A stretch of DNA of 64,000 bases. Source: an uncultured virus (IMG/VR IMGVR_UViG_3300002219_000133). Lineage: Duplodnaviria; Heunggongvirae; Uroviricota; Caudoviricetes. The translations under genes were made by a program, and so were the position numbers. Position 1 is the first letter of the stretch, and each line of letters starts with the position of its first letter. The stretch lies in the IMG/VR virus record IMGVR_UViG_3300002219_000133. The stretch is one strand, 5' to 3'. The notes beneath the pieces are model-generated. The model searched no databases. It was not told where the DNA came from and worked only from the letters and a program-made list of their open reading frames with translations. Positions 10,900-21,660 of this stretch are shown piece by piece.

Positions 10900-12123
10900 G
10901 TGGCATTGAAACTCAATCAAATTAAAAAAATTAGTTCTAATCCTTGGGCATTTACACTTTCAGATGAAAACTCACCTTATTCAATCGATGAATGTGTTGA
11001 TACAAACTGTTATGCTCTTAATGCTTTTTTGTCAGATGGTGATATCTTTAAAGGTTTACCAATGGGTAAAAGAATCTCATTTTCTGGTGAATCATCTACA
11101 GCAAAATCATATTTTAATGCTTTCATCATCAAATCATTTTTAGATAAATATGAAGACGGTGTGGTAATTATATTTGAAACAGAAGGATCATCACTAAGAC
11201 AGCAAGCAGAATCAATCGGAATTGATATGACAAGAGTCATTGTTGAACCAGTTAATATCATCGAAGAACTTCACACAAATATAATGCAATATTTGAAGAA
11301 ATTAGAAGATGATTATATGGATACTAAAGAAAGAACAAAGATTTTATTTGCTCTCGATTCGCTTGGTATGCTTAGTTCAAATAAAGAAATTGATGATAAA
11401 TTAGCTGGAAACAATACGAGAGATATGACTAAAGCTCAAGCTATTAAAGGAATGTATAGAGCTATTTCGTTGAAATTATCATTGCTATCAATTTCTCTGT
11501 TGACAATCAATCACTCATATACGAACATTGGTGGTTATGGTGATTCTCAAGTAGAAGGTGGCGGCTCAGGATTTCAATATAGCGGAGATGTTAGATTTCT
11601 TCTTTCAAAATCTCAAAAACGAACTGGTAATATTCAAACGGGCGTAACAATTCGTCTCAAAGTTAAAAAGTCAAGATTTATTAAAGAGAATCAAACAATA
11701 GAGATTGATCTGGACTTTGAAAAGGGTCTCAATAAGTATTCCTATATGGTAGAGTTTGCAGATGCTTGTGGCATGCTTAAATCATCAGATACCATGGTTA
11801 AATTTGAAGGCAATGAATATCCAAGAGCAATGTTTGAAGAAAAATTTGGCGAATATTTCAATGAAGAAAAAATGAAAATACTAGCTGATAGAATTAAAAA
11901 AATGCTTGGTTTTGGTGCTGATGATTGTATTGAGACAATGAATATTGATAAACTTATCAATCATGGTGTAACTCTTGGGTTCATTACTGATACACCCAGA
12001 ACAATCATTTTACCAGATGGAACTAAAATCAAGAAAAATGAACTTAGAGCCAACGAAGAATTGATTCCAAAAGAGTTAATTGAACAAATTAAAAATAAAC
12101 TTAAAGAACAACAAACGTCATAG
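10900..12123 (+). CDS. uvsX: RecA-like recombinase UvsX
   Basis: Walker A GESSTAKS, Walker B LFALDSLG, RDMTKAQ, GGGSG; GTG start after AGGAG. Confidence 0.92.
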   Translation: MALKLNQIKKISSNPWAFTLSDENSPYSIDECVDTNCYALNAFLSDGDIFKGLPMGKRISFSGESSTAKSYFNAFIIKSFLDKYEDGVVIIFETEGSSLRQQAESIGIDMTRVIVEPVNIIEELHTNIMQYLKKLEDDYMDTKERTKILFALDSLGMLSSNKEIDDKLAGNNTRDMTKAQAIKGMYRAISLKLSLLSISLLTINHSYTNIGGYGDSQVEGGGSGFQYSGDVRFLLSKSQKRTGNIQTGVTIRLKVKKSRFIKENQTIEIDLDFEKGLNKYSYMVEFADACGMLKSSDTMVKFEGNEYPRAMFEEKFGEYFNEEKMKILADRIKKMLGFGADDCIETMNIDKLINHGVTLGFITDTPRTIILPDGTKIKKNELRANEELIPKELIEQIKNKLKEQQTS

Positions 12124-12132
12124 TATATAGAA

Positions 12133-12163
12133 ATGAGGGAGAAGTTATCAGCTTCTCCCTCAT
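12133..12163. terminator. Inverted repeat / likely terminator before the Hef-like gene
   Basis: ATGAGGGAGAAG-TTATCAG-CTTCTCCCTCAT perfect 12-bp stem. Confidence 0.6.
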
Positions 12164-12195
12164 AATCTAATAACTATTGCGGAGTTACCAGACCT

Positions 12196-14160
12196 ATGTA
12201 TAATATACTACAATGCAGAGAGATTTTACAAGACTTTTTTGATAATTTTAAATCACTTCTTATCGGTGAATTGAATAATAACAACATAAATACAATCAAT
12301 TCTATCATTCGTTTTACGCAAAACAAAAATATTTTTTTATCATTTGATAAAAAATACCCAAAATTTTTTACCAAAATTTTAGAGATGTTTTATATTTCTA
12401 AATTTAGCATTGATGATATTTTAAATATGATTAGATGCAAACACTGTGGACAAAAAACCAAATATTATAAATTATCATATCATGATTATTGTTGTCGCGA
12501 TTGTGCATCAAAATCTGATATTCGAAAAGAAAAATTTAAAGAATCTTTTAAAAATGTCGATTATGCTGTTAGACATATTAAATCCGAACAAACAAAATTA
12601 CTTAGGTATAATGATTCAAACTATAATAATCGAACAAAATTTAAAGAAACATGTTTAGAAAAATATGGGACTGAAAGACCATCAGAGTCAGAAATTATTA
12701 AAGATAGAATTAAAGAAACGAATAAAATTCGTTATGGCGTTGAAAATGTTTTTCAATCTGAACAAATTAAACAAAAAATTAAAGATACTAATATAGAACG
12801 ATATGGCGTAGAAAACGTCTATCAATCTGAAATTATTAAGGATAAAATTAAACAAACTAATCTTGAAAGATATGGTTATGAACATGCGATGCATTCAGAG
12901 GAAATTAAAGAACGACATAGACAAACATGTTTGGAAAAATATGGTGTTGAAAATAATTTTCAATCTGAATCATCCAAAACTAAAATGAGAGTAACATGTT
13001 TAGAAAAATATGGTGTAGAATATTATGCACAAACAAATGAGTGTCAAAAAAGAAAGTGCGAAACCAATCAAATTAGATATGGGTCAAATACATTTACTGA
13101 AGCTCATTTAACGAATGTTGATGATATGAATTATGATTTCATAAAAGAAAATTTTATAAAAGATGGCTTCATATCACTTGATAAATTGATGGAATATTTT
13201 AATTGTTCAGCAAGTTTTTATTATCAAATGTTACGTGATAGATTTGGTTTTGATGAAGGCGTTAAACCATCACAACACAGAACACAACTTAAAATATATG
13301 AATGGATATTATCATTAAATATTAACGCTAAAAATGATGATAGAAAAATTTTATCAGGTAAAGAGCTCGATATTCTATTACCTAACAATAATCTAGCCAT
13401 AGAATATGACGGATTAATGTTTCATTCATTTGGCAAATCGAATCACTCAATGTTTAATAATCATTTAATTGAGAATTCTAATAAGCATGTTATTAAAACT
13501 GACGAATGTAAAAAACAAGGTATTCAATTGTTACATATTTTTGAAAATGAATGGTTAAATAAAGAAAATATTTGGAAAAGTGTCATCAAATCTAAATTAG
13601 GCTTGAATGAAAGAATATTTGCTAGAAAATGTGCCATTAGAAAAATTGACAATGTTATTAAAACAGAATTCTTAAATAATAATCATCTTCAGGGCAACTG
13701 TTCAAGCTCAATTAATATTGGACTTTATTATGATAATGAATTGGTATCTGTTATGACGTTTGGCAAATCGCGTTACAATAAAAATTATGAATATGAATTA
13801 ATAAGATTTTGTAATAAACTTAATTTAAACGTAATTGGAGGTGCTTCTAAGCTCTTATCTTACTTCATTAAGAATTATACACCCAAGAGCCTAATCAGCT
13901 ATGCTAATCGGCGTTGGAGTGATGGTAATATGTATAATAAATTAGGATTCAATTTAATAAATACTTCAGAACCAAACTATTTTTATTTTTTACCAACAGA
14001 ATATATATTGCATTCTAGATTAAAATTTCAAAAACATAAGCTGAGTCAAATATTTCATAATTATGATGAAACATTAACTGAAACAGAAAATATGTACAAT
14101 AATGATTATAGAAAAATATATGATTGCGGTAATTATGTCTTTATAAAAATATTTTATTAA
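12196..14160 (+). mobile_element. Free-standing Hef-like homing endonuclease with tandem KYGxEN repeats
   Basis: CKHCG/CCRDC zinc finger, about 6 repeats of T(C/N)LE(K/R)YGVENxxQSExxK, then ELDI...LAIEYDGLMFHS (PD-(D/E)xK/Vsr-like) and a C-terminal YELIRFC...SYANRRWSDG..Y domain; lies between uvsX and uvsY. Confidence 0.75.
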
Positions 14161-14526
14161 ATATTATTATAATGTATAGATATAAAATTATTAAATCATT
14201 TAGCGATGAACAAAAGAAATTTATAAGTAGAATAAAGGAATTGGCTAATAAATATGATAAAATTTCCAATAGTTGATGTTATCAATAAATATAATGTCAA
14301 AGAAGAATGTTTCGAACAAATTTTCACAATTAAAATGTTACAACAATCTGGTTCTTTAGTAATAAAGTGTATACATGGAAATAGTATGGTTGGCTCCAAA
14401 ACATGTAATGATTGCGAATACAATAGTGGATTTGATTATGCAAAAGCTGAAATAAAATGCAATTGTTCTGATTGGGTAAATTATATTGTTAGCACCGATA
14501 ATATTTCTAATTTGGTTGAATAAAAT

Positions 14527-14940
14527 ATGAGTAAAGAAAAATTTAATTACGCTGAATTTTTTAATGAAATTGAATCCAATTTATCTGTTCATGCACATGA
14601 TCTCGATAAAAAGATTTATGAAGCGCCAAATGCACATAATAAAATTATGCGTCAAATTACATTAGAAAAAAATAAACTAAATAAATTAGAAACTAAATAT
14701 AATAAAATCTTTGCAAAGTTATATCATCATTATCGTTATGAATACGAATTTAAATTAGAATCTAAAGATGTTGCTATATTTTATTTAAAAAAAGATGATG
14801 AATTTCTGCAAATAAATGATGAATTAAATGATCAAAGACTATTGGTTGATACGCTTGAAAAGTGGATGAAGAAAGCTAATGCCATAACATTTGAAATTAA
14901 AAATATTCTAGAGTATTTGAAGTGGAGCAGCGGTAAATAA
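14527..14940 (+). CDS. uvsY: Recombination mediator UvsY
   Basis: 137 aa helical protein ending FEIKNILEYLKWSSG, like the UvsY C-terminus; near uvsX. Confidence 0.8.
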   Translation: MSKEKFNYAEFFNEIESNLSVHAHDLDKKIYEAPNAHNKIMRQITLEKNKLNKLETKYNKIFAKLYHHYRYEYEFKLESKDVAIFYLKKDDEFLQINDELNDQRLLVDTLEKWMKKANAITFEIKNILEYLKWSSGK

Positions 14941-15038
14941 AATCCAGCTATCAATATAATATGAGAAGTATTGTTTATGATACTTCTCATTATTTTTCAG
15001 TAAATATCACCATATAAAAAACTTCAGGAGATAAACTC

Positions 15039-16877
15039 ATGCTCAAACTCAATAAAACACAACTTCAAGAATTAGAAAAATTTGTTGAGCATTATCAGAA
15101 TTCAATAAACGCGGCGAGTGGATCATTAGTGGATGCGAATGCTAATGTGACTGAGAAAAATGTGATAACAATGATGGGTGAATTTGTTAAACCTATCATG
15201 ATTCAATATAATCGACATATTAGATATGATCAAATTCAAAAAAATTTCGGTAAGGAAGTAGCTGATCAATATCTAAAAGATATAGAAAATCATACAATAT
15301 ACGTTCATGACGAATCCCGCGCTAGTGTGCCTTATTGTTTATCAATATCACTTTTCCCATTCTTAAATCATGGTTCAACTTGTATTGGTGGAAACACTGA
15401 AGCACCGAAGCACCTATCTTCATTTTGCGGCGGATTTATTAATTTGATTAACCAGATTGCAGCTCAAGTTGCTGGTGCTGTTGCCACACCTTCATTTTTA
15501 GTATGTTTTGATTATTTTGCAAGAAAAGATTATGGTGATAATTATTTAGAAGATCATAAGAAAGAAATAGATCAATATTTACAAGCCGTCACTTATTATT
15601 TAAATGAACCTTGTTCGGGTCGAGATGGTCAGTCAGTATTCTGGAATATATCTATCTTTGATGAAACATATTTAAAGGGTCTCTATTCTGATTTTGTTTA
15701 TCCAGACGAAAACTTTTCGAGAGTTAATTTTGAATATGTGAATAAACTTCAAAAATATTTCCTCAAATGGTTCAATAAAGAAAGAACAAAGAAATTATTA
15801 ACATTCCCCGTTATTACTTGCGCTATGGCTTATGATGAAAATAAAAATATCAAAGATCAAGAATTTTCATCCTTTATAGCCAACGAATTATCTGAAGGTA
15901 GCGGATTTTTTGTTTATCTATCTGATAATATAGATTCACTTTCAAGTTGTTGCAGATTAAGAAATGAATCTAAGAATGAATTTTCTTATACTCTCGGAAA
16001 TGTTGGAGAAATGACTGGTTCTGTTCATGTTATAACAATCAATATGAATAGATTCATTCAGAACACTAAGAGAGAGTATAATACAAATCAACAATCGTTT
16101 GATAGTTTTCTCAATGAGAAATTAAAAGAACTTATTCAAAGAATACATAAATATCATTATTCAACAAGAGAAATTTATAGACATATTATGGAAAAGAAAA
16201 TGTATTCTGTTTATAATGCTCAATTCATTAAAATGGATAGACAATTTTCGACTATCGGTATAAATGGTCTAGTTGAGGGTGCTGAATTTCTTGGTTATAG
16301 TATCGATCCTAACGAAGCTTATATGAATTTCTGTTCAGAGCTTTTGAAAACAATTTCAACAGCCAATAAAGAAGCTAAACAGATTTATAAAGTTATGTTC
16401 AATACTGAATTTGTTCCTGGCGAAAATGCTGGTTATAAATTAGCTCAGTGGGATAAAAAAGATGGATATGTTGTTCCAAGAGAATGTTATAATTCATATT
16501 TTTATCGTGTTGAAGATAATTCTTTGAATATAATTGATAAAGGTAAATTGCATGGTGATCAAGTAACAAAATATCTTGATGGTGGTAGTGCTTATCATAT
16601 TAACTTAGAAGAATATTTGAATGCCGCACAATATGAAAAAATGTTTCATATTATGGCAATATTAGGAGTCAATTATTTCTGCACTAATGTTAAGATAACT
16701 TGTTGTGAAGAAAAAGATTGCGGTTTTATTGATAAAAGAACGCTATCGAAATGTTCAAAATGCGGCGGTGAAAATATTTCACATGCCACCAGAATAATAG
16801 GGTATCTCCGAAAAGTAAGCAATTTTTCAGAAGCTCGCCAAGTCGAAGAATCTTTAAGATTTTATCATAAAGAATAA
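15039..16877 (+). CDS. nrdD: Anaerobic (class III) ribonucleotide reductase
   Basis: YVHD, PYC, SSCCRLRN, TIGINGL, VPGEN, C-terminal CSKCG and glycyl-radical motif TRIIGYL. Confidence 0.95.
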   Translation: MLKLNKTQLQELEKFVEHYQNSINAASGSLVDANANVTEKNVITMMGEFVKPIMIQYNRHIRYDQIQKNFGKEVADQYLKDIENHTIYVHDESRASVPYCLSISLFPFLNHGSTCIGGNTEAPKHLSSFCGGFINLINQIAAQVAGAVATPSFLVCFDYFARKDYGDNYLEDHKKEIDQYLQAVTYYLNEPCSGRDGQSVFWNISIFDETYLKGLYSDFVYPDENFSRVNFEYVNKLQKYFLKWFNKERTKKLLTFPVITCAMAYDENKNIKDQEFSSFIANELSEGSGFFVYLSDNIDSLSSCCRLRNESKNEFSYTLGNVGEMTGSVHVITINMNRFIQNTKREYNTNQQSFDSFLNEKLKELIQRIHKYHYSTREIYRHIMEKKMYSVYNAQFIKMDRQFSTIGINGLVEGAEFLGYSIDPNEAYMNFCSELLKTISTANKEAKQIYKVMFNTEFVPGENAGYKLAQWDKKDGYVVPRECYNSYFYRVEDNSLNIIDKGKLHGDQVTKYLDGGSAYHINLEEYLNAAQYEKMFHIMAILGVNYFCTNVKITCCEEKDCGFIDKRTLSKCSKCGGENISHATRIIGYLRKVSNFSEARQVEESLRFYHKE

Positions 16878-16928
16878 AAATTATCCTCTGTATTATATGT
16901 TATTATATTAATACAGAGGATAATTTTT
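16876..16928. terminator. Long inverted repeat after nrdD
   Basis: AAAAATTATCCTCTGTATTA ... TAATACAGAGGATAATTTTT, 20-bp arms. Confidence 0.7.
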
Positions 16929-16964
16929 ATGAGATGTTATAATTGTTTTTCAGGAGTTGAAGTA

Positions 16965-17135
16965 ATGAAAAATTAGTCAAAAGTTATTGGAACACTATTA
17001 GACGATTTAAGTTCTTCTAATTTTGGTATTAGATCAATCGAAAGTTTCGAATATCCAGAACTTAAAAAGATTCAATCAGATTTAAAAAAATTGCGTGGTG
17101 ATGTTGATAATTTATTTTATAAAATTAAAGTTTGA
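16965..17135 (+). pseudogene. Probable pseudogene of a capsid-targeting-family small protein (TAG at codon 4)
   Basis: AGGAG RBS, then ATG AAA AAT TAG TCA AAA GTT ATT; open for 52 more codons; TAG sits where family members have TGG (Trp). Confidence 0.55.
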
Positions 17136-17145
17136 TTAAATAATT

Positions 17146-17210
17146 GTTTACATACAATCTCCTTTGGTGTATAATCTTATTATAGATAAAAACACTAAAG
17201 GAGATTTTTT
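17146..17210 (+). promoter_or_regulatory. Early-type promoter embedded in an RBS-occluding terminator hairpin
   Basis: GTTTACA-17 bp-TATAAT; AATCTCCTTTGGTGT pairs with ACACTAAAGGAGATT, then TTTT ATG. Confidence 0.8.
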
Positions 17211-17597
17211 ATGAACATATTAGACTTCATCAATGCCTCAGTTTATAATCTTGGTCGAGTTGCTATTCAATTTAGAAATGAATATCATAAAAACTTAAAA
17301 ACACCTTCTAATTCAGCATCGTGGTATGCTCTAAACTCTTTCCGCGATGGATGGTTTAGAGTAAATGATTCTTACCAGATAACGTACACATTCGGACTCA
17401 AAATAAAAGAATTTGAAATTAGTGGAATTAATAAAACAATGTGGGGCAAGGGATATGCTATAAAAGCACAACTCACATACGAAACTCCTGCCAATGTAAT
17501 AGAAACAACTCCTGCATGGTTGTATGTTGAAGATGATGTTGATCTTAATGAAGTTGAAAAATACATTGAAGATAATAAAAAGTTTTGGGTAGATTAA
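17211..17597 (+). CDS. Hypothetical early protein
   Basis: ORF behind a strong promoter and AAGGAG RBS. Confidence 0.6.
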   Translation: MNILDFINASVYNLGRVAIQFRNEYHKNLKTPSNSASWYALNSFRDGWFRVNDSYQITYTFGLKIKEFEISGINKTMWGKGYAIKAQLTYETPANVIETTPAWLYVEDDVDLNEVEKYIEDNKKFWVD

Positions 17598-17634
17598 GAA
17601 AAGTATTCCATAAACAAAAATATAGGAGATTGAA

Positions 17635-18303
17635 ATGAAATTTGAAATAAGAACCATAAAAATAAAATACGACAAATACAATGCTGAGTTGTTTGATTCT
17701 AAACTTCCACCATCTAATCAAATAAATTTCGAATTTTTCAAATCTAAGAATGCTATTGCAATGATTAGATATCCAATTAGTTGGAATCGCGATGATGCAG
17801 TAACATTTAGATTGAATTCACTGGTAGAATTTGAAACAGAACAATCTTTAAATCATACAATCATTCATGAAATGATACACGTTTCTCAGTTCTATAATAG
17901 AGCATCAGAAACTGGCCATGGCCGTGATTTTAAACGTATTGCTAATGAAATATATGGCAAGAGTCATGGTCTCTTTAATATCACTAGAGTTCACTATGGC
18001 GAAGTTGAAATGATTGCTAAACAAAAAACAAATTCAAATATAATTGAAGATTGTATTGTTGTAGTAACTGATAACAACTCGTTTAGAGTATATAAAAATA
18101 CATCTTTAGAACGAATTAAAAGTCAAATGTTGTTATTTTCGTGCAATCAAGAATATTTCAAATATTCAGGAACATTATTTAATACATACAATTCAAGTAG
18201 ATCAAACATTTGCACGTCTGTATCATTTCAAAAAAATGTAAATAATATTGTTGAAGAAATGAAGAAGACCGCCGAAGTTTTATTAAAAAGGACAATAATA
18301 TGA
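17635..18303 (+). CDS. SprT-like zinc metalloprotease
   Basis: YNAELFDSKLP, TIIHEMIHV (HExxH), GHGRDFK. Confidence 0.85.
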   Translation: MKFEIRTIKIKYDKYNAELFDSKLPPSNQINFEFFKSKNAIAMIRYPISWNRDDAVTFRLNSLVEFETEQSLNHTIIHEMIHVSQFYNRASETGHGRDFKRIANEIYGKSHGLFNITRVHYGEVEMIAKQKTNSNIIEDCIVVVTDNNSFRVYKNTSLERIKSQMLLFSCNQEYFKYSGTLFNTYNSSRSNICTSVSFQKNVNNIVEEMKKTAEVLLKRTII

Positions 18304-18797
18304 AAGAGTTTAAAGAATATATCGGTGAATCAAATGAACTTGACATAACTGATAAAGATGACATGATCGAACTTCTAATGGATCTTGATGAACAATTAGA
18401 AACTCCATTAGAAGCAGAGTTAGTCAGTTTACTTGTTTCGCTAATTAAAATGGATAAATTGGAATCTGATAGTTTTGATTCAATTGTTGATGCTATTGAT
18501 TCTATTATTGATTTTGAACACACGGATCTTGGTTATGATTATGATGAAAACTATGAAGATGATTATGATGAAGATGAAGAAGATGAAGTGGATGAAGCGC
18601 AACGCGCTTTGTATAAAAGAGCTGGATATATTAAGTGTCCAGATGGTAGAATAAGAAAAAGAGGCAAATGCGGCAAACCTCTCGATAGAAAAAGATCGAG
18701 ACAAATGGTTAAAGCACGAAAGAAATTTAAAAGATCATTTGCAAAAGGCCAGAGAAAAGCTCAAAAAACCAAAAGAAGACTAGGTATGGTAAAATGA
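18300..18797 (+). CDS. Prohead core / internal head protein (gp68-like basic tail)
   Basis: Capsid-targeting-like start MKEFKEYIGE, acidic linker, K/R-rich C-terminus ending KRRLGMVK. Confidence 0.55.
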   Translation: MKEFKEYIGESNELDITDKDDMIELLMDLDEQLETPLEAELVSLLVSLIKMDKLESDSFDSIVDAIDSIIDFEHTDLGYDYDENYEDDYDEDEEDEVDEAQRALYKRAGYIKCPDGRIRKRGKCGKPLDRKRSRQMVKARKKFKRSFAKGQRKAQKTKRRLGMVK

Positions 18798-19267
18798 AAA
18801 AATGGAATAAAATAGTTCTCGAAGGCATTAACGATAAGCGAACAAAAATTGAGATTTTAGCCAACGGAAAAAAACAGATCATTCCAATTCCCTTTGGTTA
18901 TGCAACTGATAGTGGTGAATATGGCCACAGAGACTTAGAAAAAATCAGAAACTATTTAACATCGACCGATAAATATGGTACTGTTTATCAAGTGCGACTT
19001 ATTCAAGAGGCTAAAAATCAGTATCTGATTCTTGTTTCTTGTACTGACTTTGGAGATCAAGATTCTTTTAAACGTTCAGTAGAGCGCCGAATTATTAATG
19101 CTATGCAAAAATTTCAATTTAGACCAATGCCATCGAAGCTTTCAATCGTTGATTCGAAGTTTGTATATAACAATGGAACCAACAATTATACACTCATTTT
19201 TAAAGCTATTGGCGAAAAACCAGTTGCATGGAACAATGTTGAAAATATGAAAGTTGAGATTATATGA
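18794..19267 (+). CDS. Putative internal head protein
   Basis: N-terminus MKKWNKIVLE. Confidence 0.5.
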   Translation: MKKWNKIVLEGINDKRTKIEILANGKKQIIPIPFGYATDSGEYGHRDLEKIRNYLTSTDKYGTVYQVRLIQEAKNQYLILVSCTDFGDQDSFKRSVERRIINAMQKFQFRPMPSKLSIVDSKFVYNNGTNNYTLIFKAIGEKPVAWNNVENMKVEII

Positions 19268-19725
19268 AAAATTTTATGAATTATATATTAGAATCTAAAA
19301 TGAATACGAAAGACTATAATTTTTATCTCTTAAATAAGGCCGGAAATAAAATACGTTCAGGTTGGGAATATAAAGAAGATGCTCAGGATGCAAAAGCTGA
19401 TGATCCTGAATCTGGAAAAATAGTTGCAAAATCTTTTCTAAAACAAATGGATATTGATCCGAATGATGATAAGGTTTGGTCAACTGTGAATGAAAGTAAA
19501 AGTATCGTTAAAGAAGATCTTCATAAAAATTTTGGTGATAAGAATAAAAAGATGGATGAGTTGAAAAAATTTGATACTCTTCTTGTTCAATCATTGAGAC
19601 AATTAGCTGGTGTTGCTATGTGGGCTGAAGAAGAACAAAAGAAGCTGATTGCAGATATTCAGAAAGATCTTAGAGCAATTCAAAAGAAATCTGATACATT
19701 GTTTCTGGATGTTCTTGATAAATAA
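19264..19725 (+). CDS. Putative internal head protein
   Basis: N-terminus MKNFMNYILE. Confidence 0.5.
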   Translation: MKNFMNYILESKMNTKDYNFYLLNKAGNKIRSGWEYKEDAQDAKADDPESGKIVAKSFLKQMDIDPNDDKVWSTVNESKSIVKEDLHKNFGDKNKKMDELKKFDTLLVQSLRQLAGVAMWAEEEQKKLIADIQKDLRAIQKKSDTLFLDVLDK

Positions 19726-19743
19726 CTGAGCGGTAAAAATAAA

Positions 19744-20103
19744 ATGAAAACATTTAATGAATATCTAAATATTGTTTGCGAGAATGAAGATAAAGAACTT
19801 GATAAAATAATCAATAGTCGTTTATCAGCTAGTTCTCAACAAATGAGAAAAAAACTGAAATCTGAATTGAAAAAACTTATAGCTGGTGCAAGTAGCAATC
19901 TAGGTAAGTGGATTGAAGAAAAACAATCGGGCATCAAAGAATTTCTTCCTGAGTATTGGGAAGCTGCTTTAGCTGCATTGATATATCATCCAGAATCTGA
20001 TTACGAACCACATCAAAAAATAAGAATGTATCATGCTATTGGTTCTTCATTCCATGAAAATATGAGAGATCCTCGAATGAAATACGATCCAGATGAAGAT
20101 TAA
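19744..20103 (+). CDS. Putative internal head protein, paralogue of 20557..20865
   Basis: N-terminus MKTFNEYL; shares KKL..E..KL..G..S.LGKW..E...GIK...PE with 20557. Confidence 0.55.
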   Translation: MKTFNEYLNIVCENEDKELDKIINSRLSASSQQMRKKLKSELKKLIAGASSNLGKWIEEKQSGIKEFLPEYWEAALAALIYHPESDYEPHQKIRMYHAIGSSFHENMRDPRMKYDPDED

Positions 20104-20560
20104 ATACCTTCGTTCAAATATAGTATTTCAAGAGATACCGGGTGAAATATCACTATCTTTTGAAATTACAAATTGTCCTTATTGCTGTCATAATTGTCAT
20201 TCGCCTGAATTGCAAGAAGATATTGGTATTGAGTTAACTGTAGATGTTTTGCGATATTATATCGAAAAAAATAAAATAAATAATAAAATGTTAATTTCTT
20301 GTGTATTATTTATGGGAGGTGATCAGCATCCTGAATTATTAGACTTAATAAAAGTAGTCAAAGAATACAATTTGAAGACTGCTCTCTACACTGGAAGCGA
20401 TGATGTTGATATAATACTCAAAAATCAATTAGATTATCTTAAAACGGGTCCATACATTAAAGAATTTGGCGATTTGAGATCTAAGAACACTAATCAAAGA
20501 TTGTATAAAATAGTTGGTGGTATAGAAGTTTCTAGAATTGAGTTAGGAGATTTAACATGA
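20093..20560 (+). CDS. nrdG: Anaerobic RNR activase (radical SAM)
   Basis: FQEIPGEISL, CPYCCHNCHS (CxxxCxxC), FMGGD, KTGPY, TNQRLY. Confidence 0.92.
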   Translation: MKIKYLRSNIVFQEIPGEISLSFEITNCPYCCHNCHSPELQEDIGIELTVDVLRYYIEKNKINNKMLISCVLFMGGDQHPELLDLIKVVKEYNLKTALYTGSDDVDIILKNQLDYLKTGPYIKEFGDLRSKNTNQRLYKIVGGIEVSRIELGDLT

Positions 20561-20865
20561 ATTGGAATGAACTAATAATAGAACGGAAAGAAGATATCGA
20601 TGAAGAAATGGTTAATCGACATCTAAATTCTAATGAAGTTGAAATTCAAAAGAAATTAAGAAAAGAATATCAAAAACTTTTATTAGGAGTCAACTCAGAA
20701 TTGGGTAAATGGCTAGTTGAAAATGAAACTGGCATTAAGTATTATATGCCAGAAATTTATACAAATGCTTTTTATGCCTTGACTCAAGTTAATACATCAA
20801 TTAAAAATGTAAAGGTATTTAATGAAATTGGAAGTTTGTATAAAAAATATTTGTATTCAAAATAA
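20557..20865 (+). CDS. Putative internal head protein, paralogue of 19744..20103
   Basis: N-terminus MNWNELIIE; internal similarity to 19744. Confidence 0.55.
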   Translation: MNWNELIIERKEDIDEEMVNRHLNSNEVEIQKKLRKEYQKLLLGVNSELGKWLVENETGIKYYMPEIYTNAFYALTQVNTSIKNVKVFNEIGSLYKKYLYSK

Positions 20866-20880
20866 CAATAAAATTGTTTA

Positions 20881-20916
20881 AAAATACTCTAAGATTAAGT
20901 TCTTAGAGTATTTTTT
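20881..20916 (+). terminator. Intrinsic terminator
   Basis: AAAATACTCTAAGA-TTAAGT-TCTTAGAGTATTTT TT. Confidence 0.75.
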
Positions 20917-20977
20917 ATTAAAAAAACATCAATAATAGTAATATAAATTTATCTTAATTTATGAAAGGTTTTACTAT

Positions 20978-21658
20978 ATGAAACTAAGCAAAAAAACTCT
21001 ATCTATTCTCAAATCATTTTCTTCAATTAATCCAGTTATTTATTTCGGTGATCCAAAAGCAATTAAAGTCGTAAGTCCAGATGGCGGTGTAATTGGTTGT
21101 TATCAAGCTGATGAATCTATTAACAGAGAATGTTCATTTTGGGAAACCCCAAAACTTCTAGCAACAATTGATTCTATGGGTGGAGAAGAAGCCGAATTAG
21201 ATTTTAATGATAAGTTTGTTAAAATCGTTTCTAATGATAAATCATCTCTTAAATACTTTTACACACCAGAAGCAATGATTTTATCCTCAAACCCTAAACC
21301 AAAATCGTACGAAGCATATTGCAAAGCCATGGAAATGAATGTTGAATTTGAATTGCCAGTCGAGATGTTTAATAAGATTATGAAATTGTCTCAAGTAATG
21401 CAATTGAATAATCTTAAAATTGAATTTGAAAATGATAAAGGCAAAATCTTCCTTCTTGATGATACGAACAAAGTATCTCACAACTTTGAATATGATATAA
21501 ATGGTAAAGGAACAGGTTCTATCACACTTTACATTTCATCATTGAATATTATTCCTGGAACATACAACATTGTGATTAAATCGGGTCTATTTTCCAAATT
21601 CATCAATAAAGATATTCCATTATTCTATATTGTTGCTGGCAAAAAGGAACAGAAATAA
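20978..21658 (+). CDS. gp45: Sliding clamp
   Basis: MKLSKKTLSILKSFSSIN closely resembles the T4 gp45 N-terminus; upstream of clamp loader genes. Confidence 0.92.
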   Translation: MKLSKKTLSILKSFSSINPVIYFGDPKAIKVVSPDGGVIGCYQADESINRECSFWETPKLLATIDSMGGEEAELDFNDKFVKIVSNDKSSLKYFYTPEAMILSSNPKPKSYEAYCKAMEMNVEFELPVEMFNKIMKLSQVMQLNNLKIEFENDKGKIFLLDDTNKVSHNFEYDINGKGTGSITLYISSLNIIPGTYNIVIKSGLFSKFINKDIPLFYIVAGKKEQK

Positions 21659-21660
21659 TT

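Noticed and set aside
16974..16976. Genome-wide TAG reassignment
   Set aside because: Core genes are intact under the standard code, and TAG ends uvsX, the glycosyltransferase and others at sensible positions; this is the only in-frame case I noticed.
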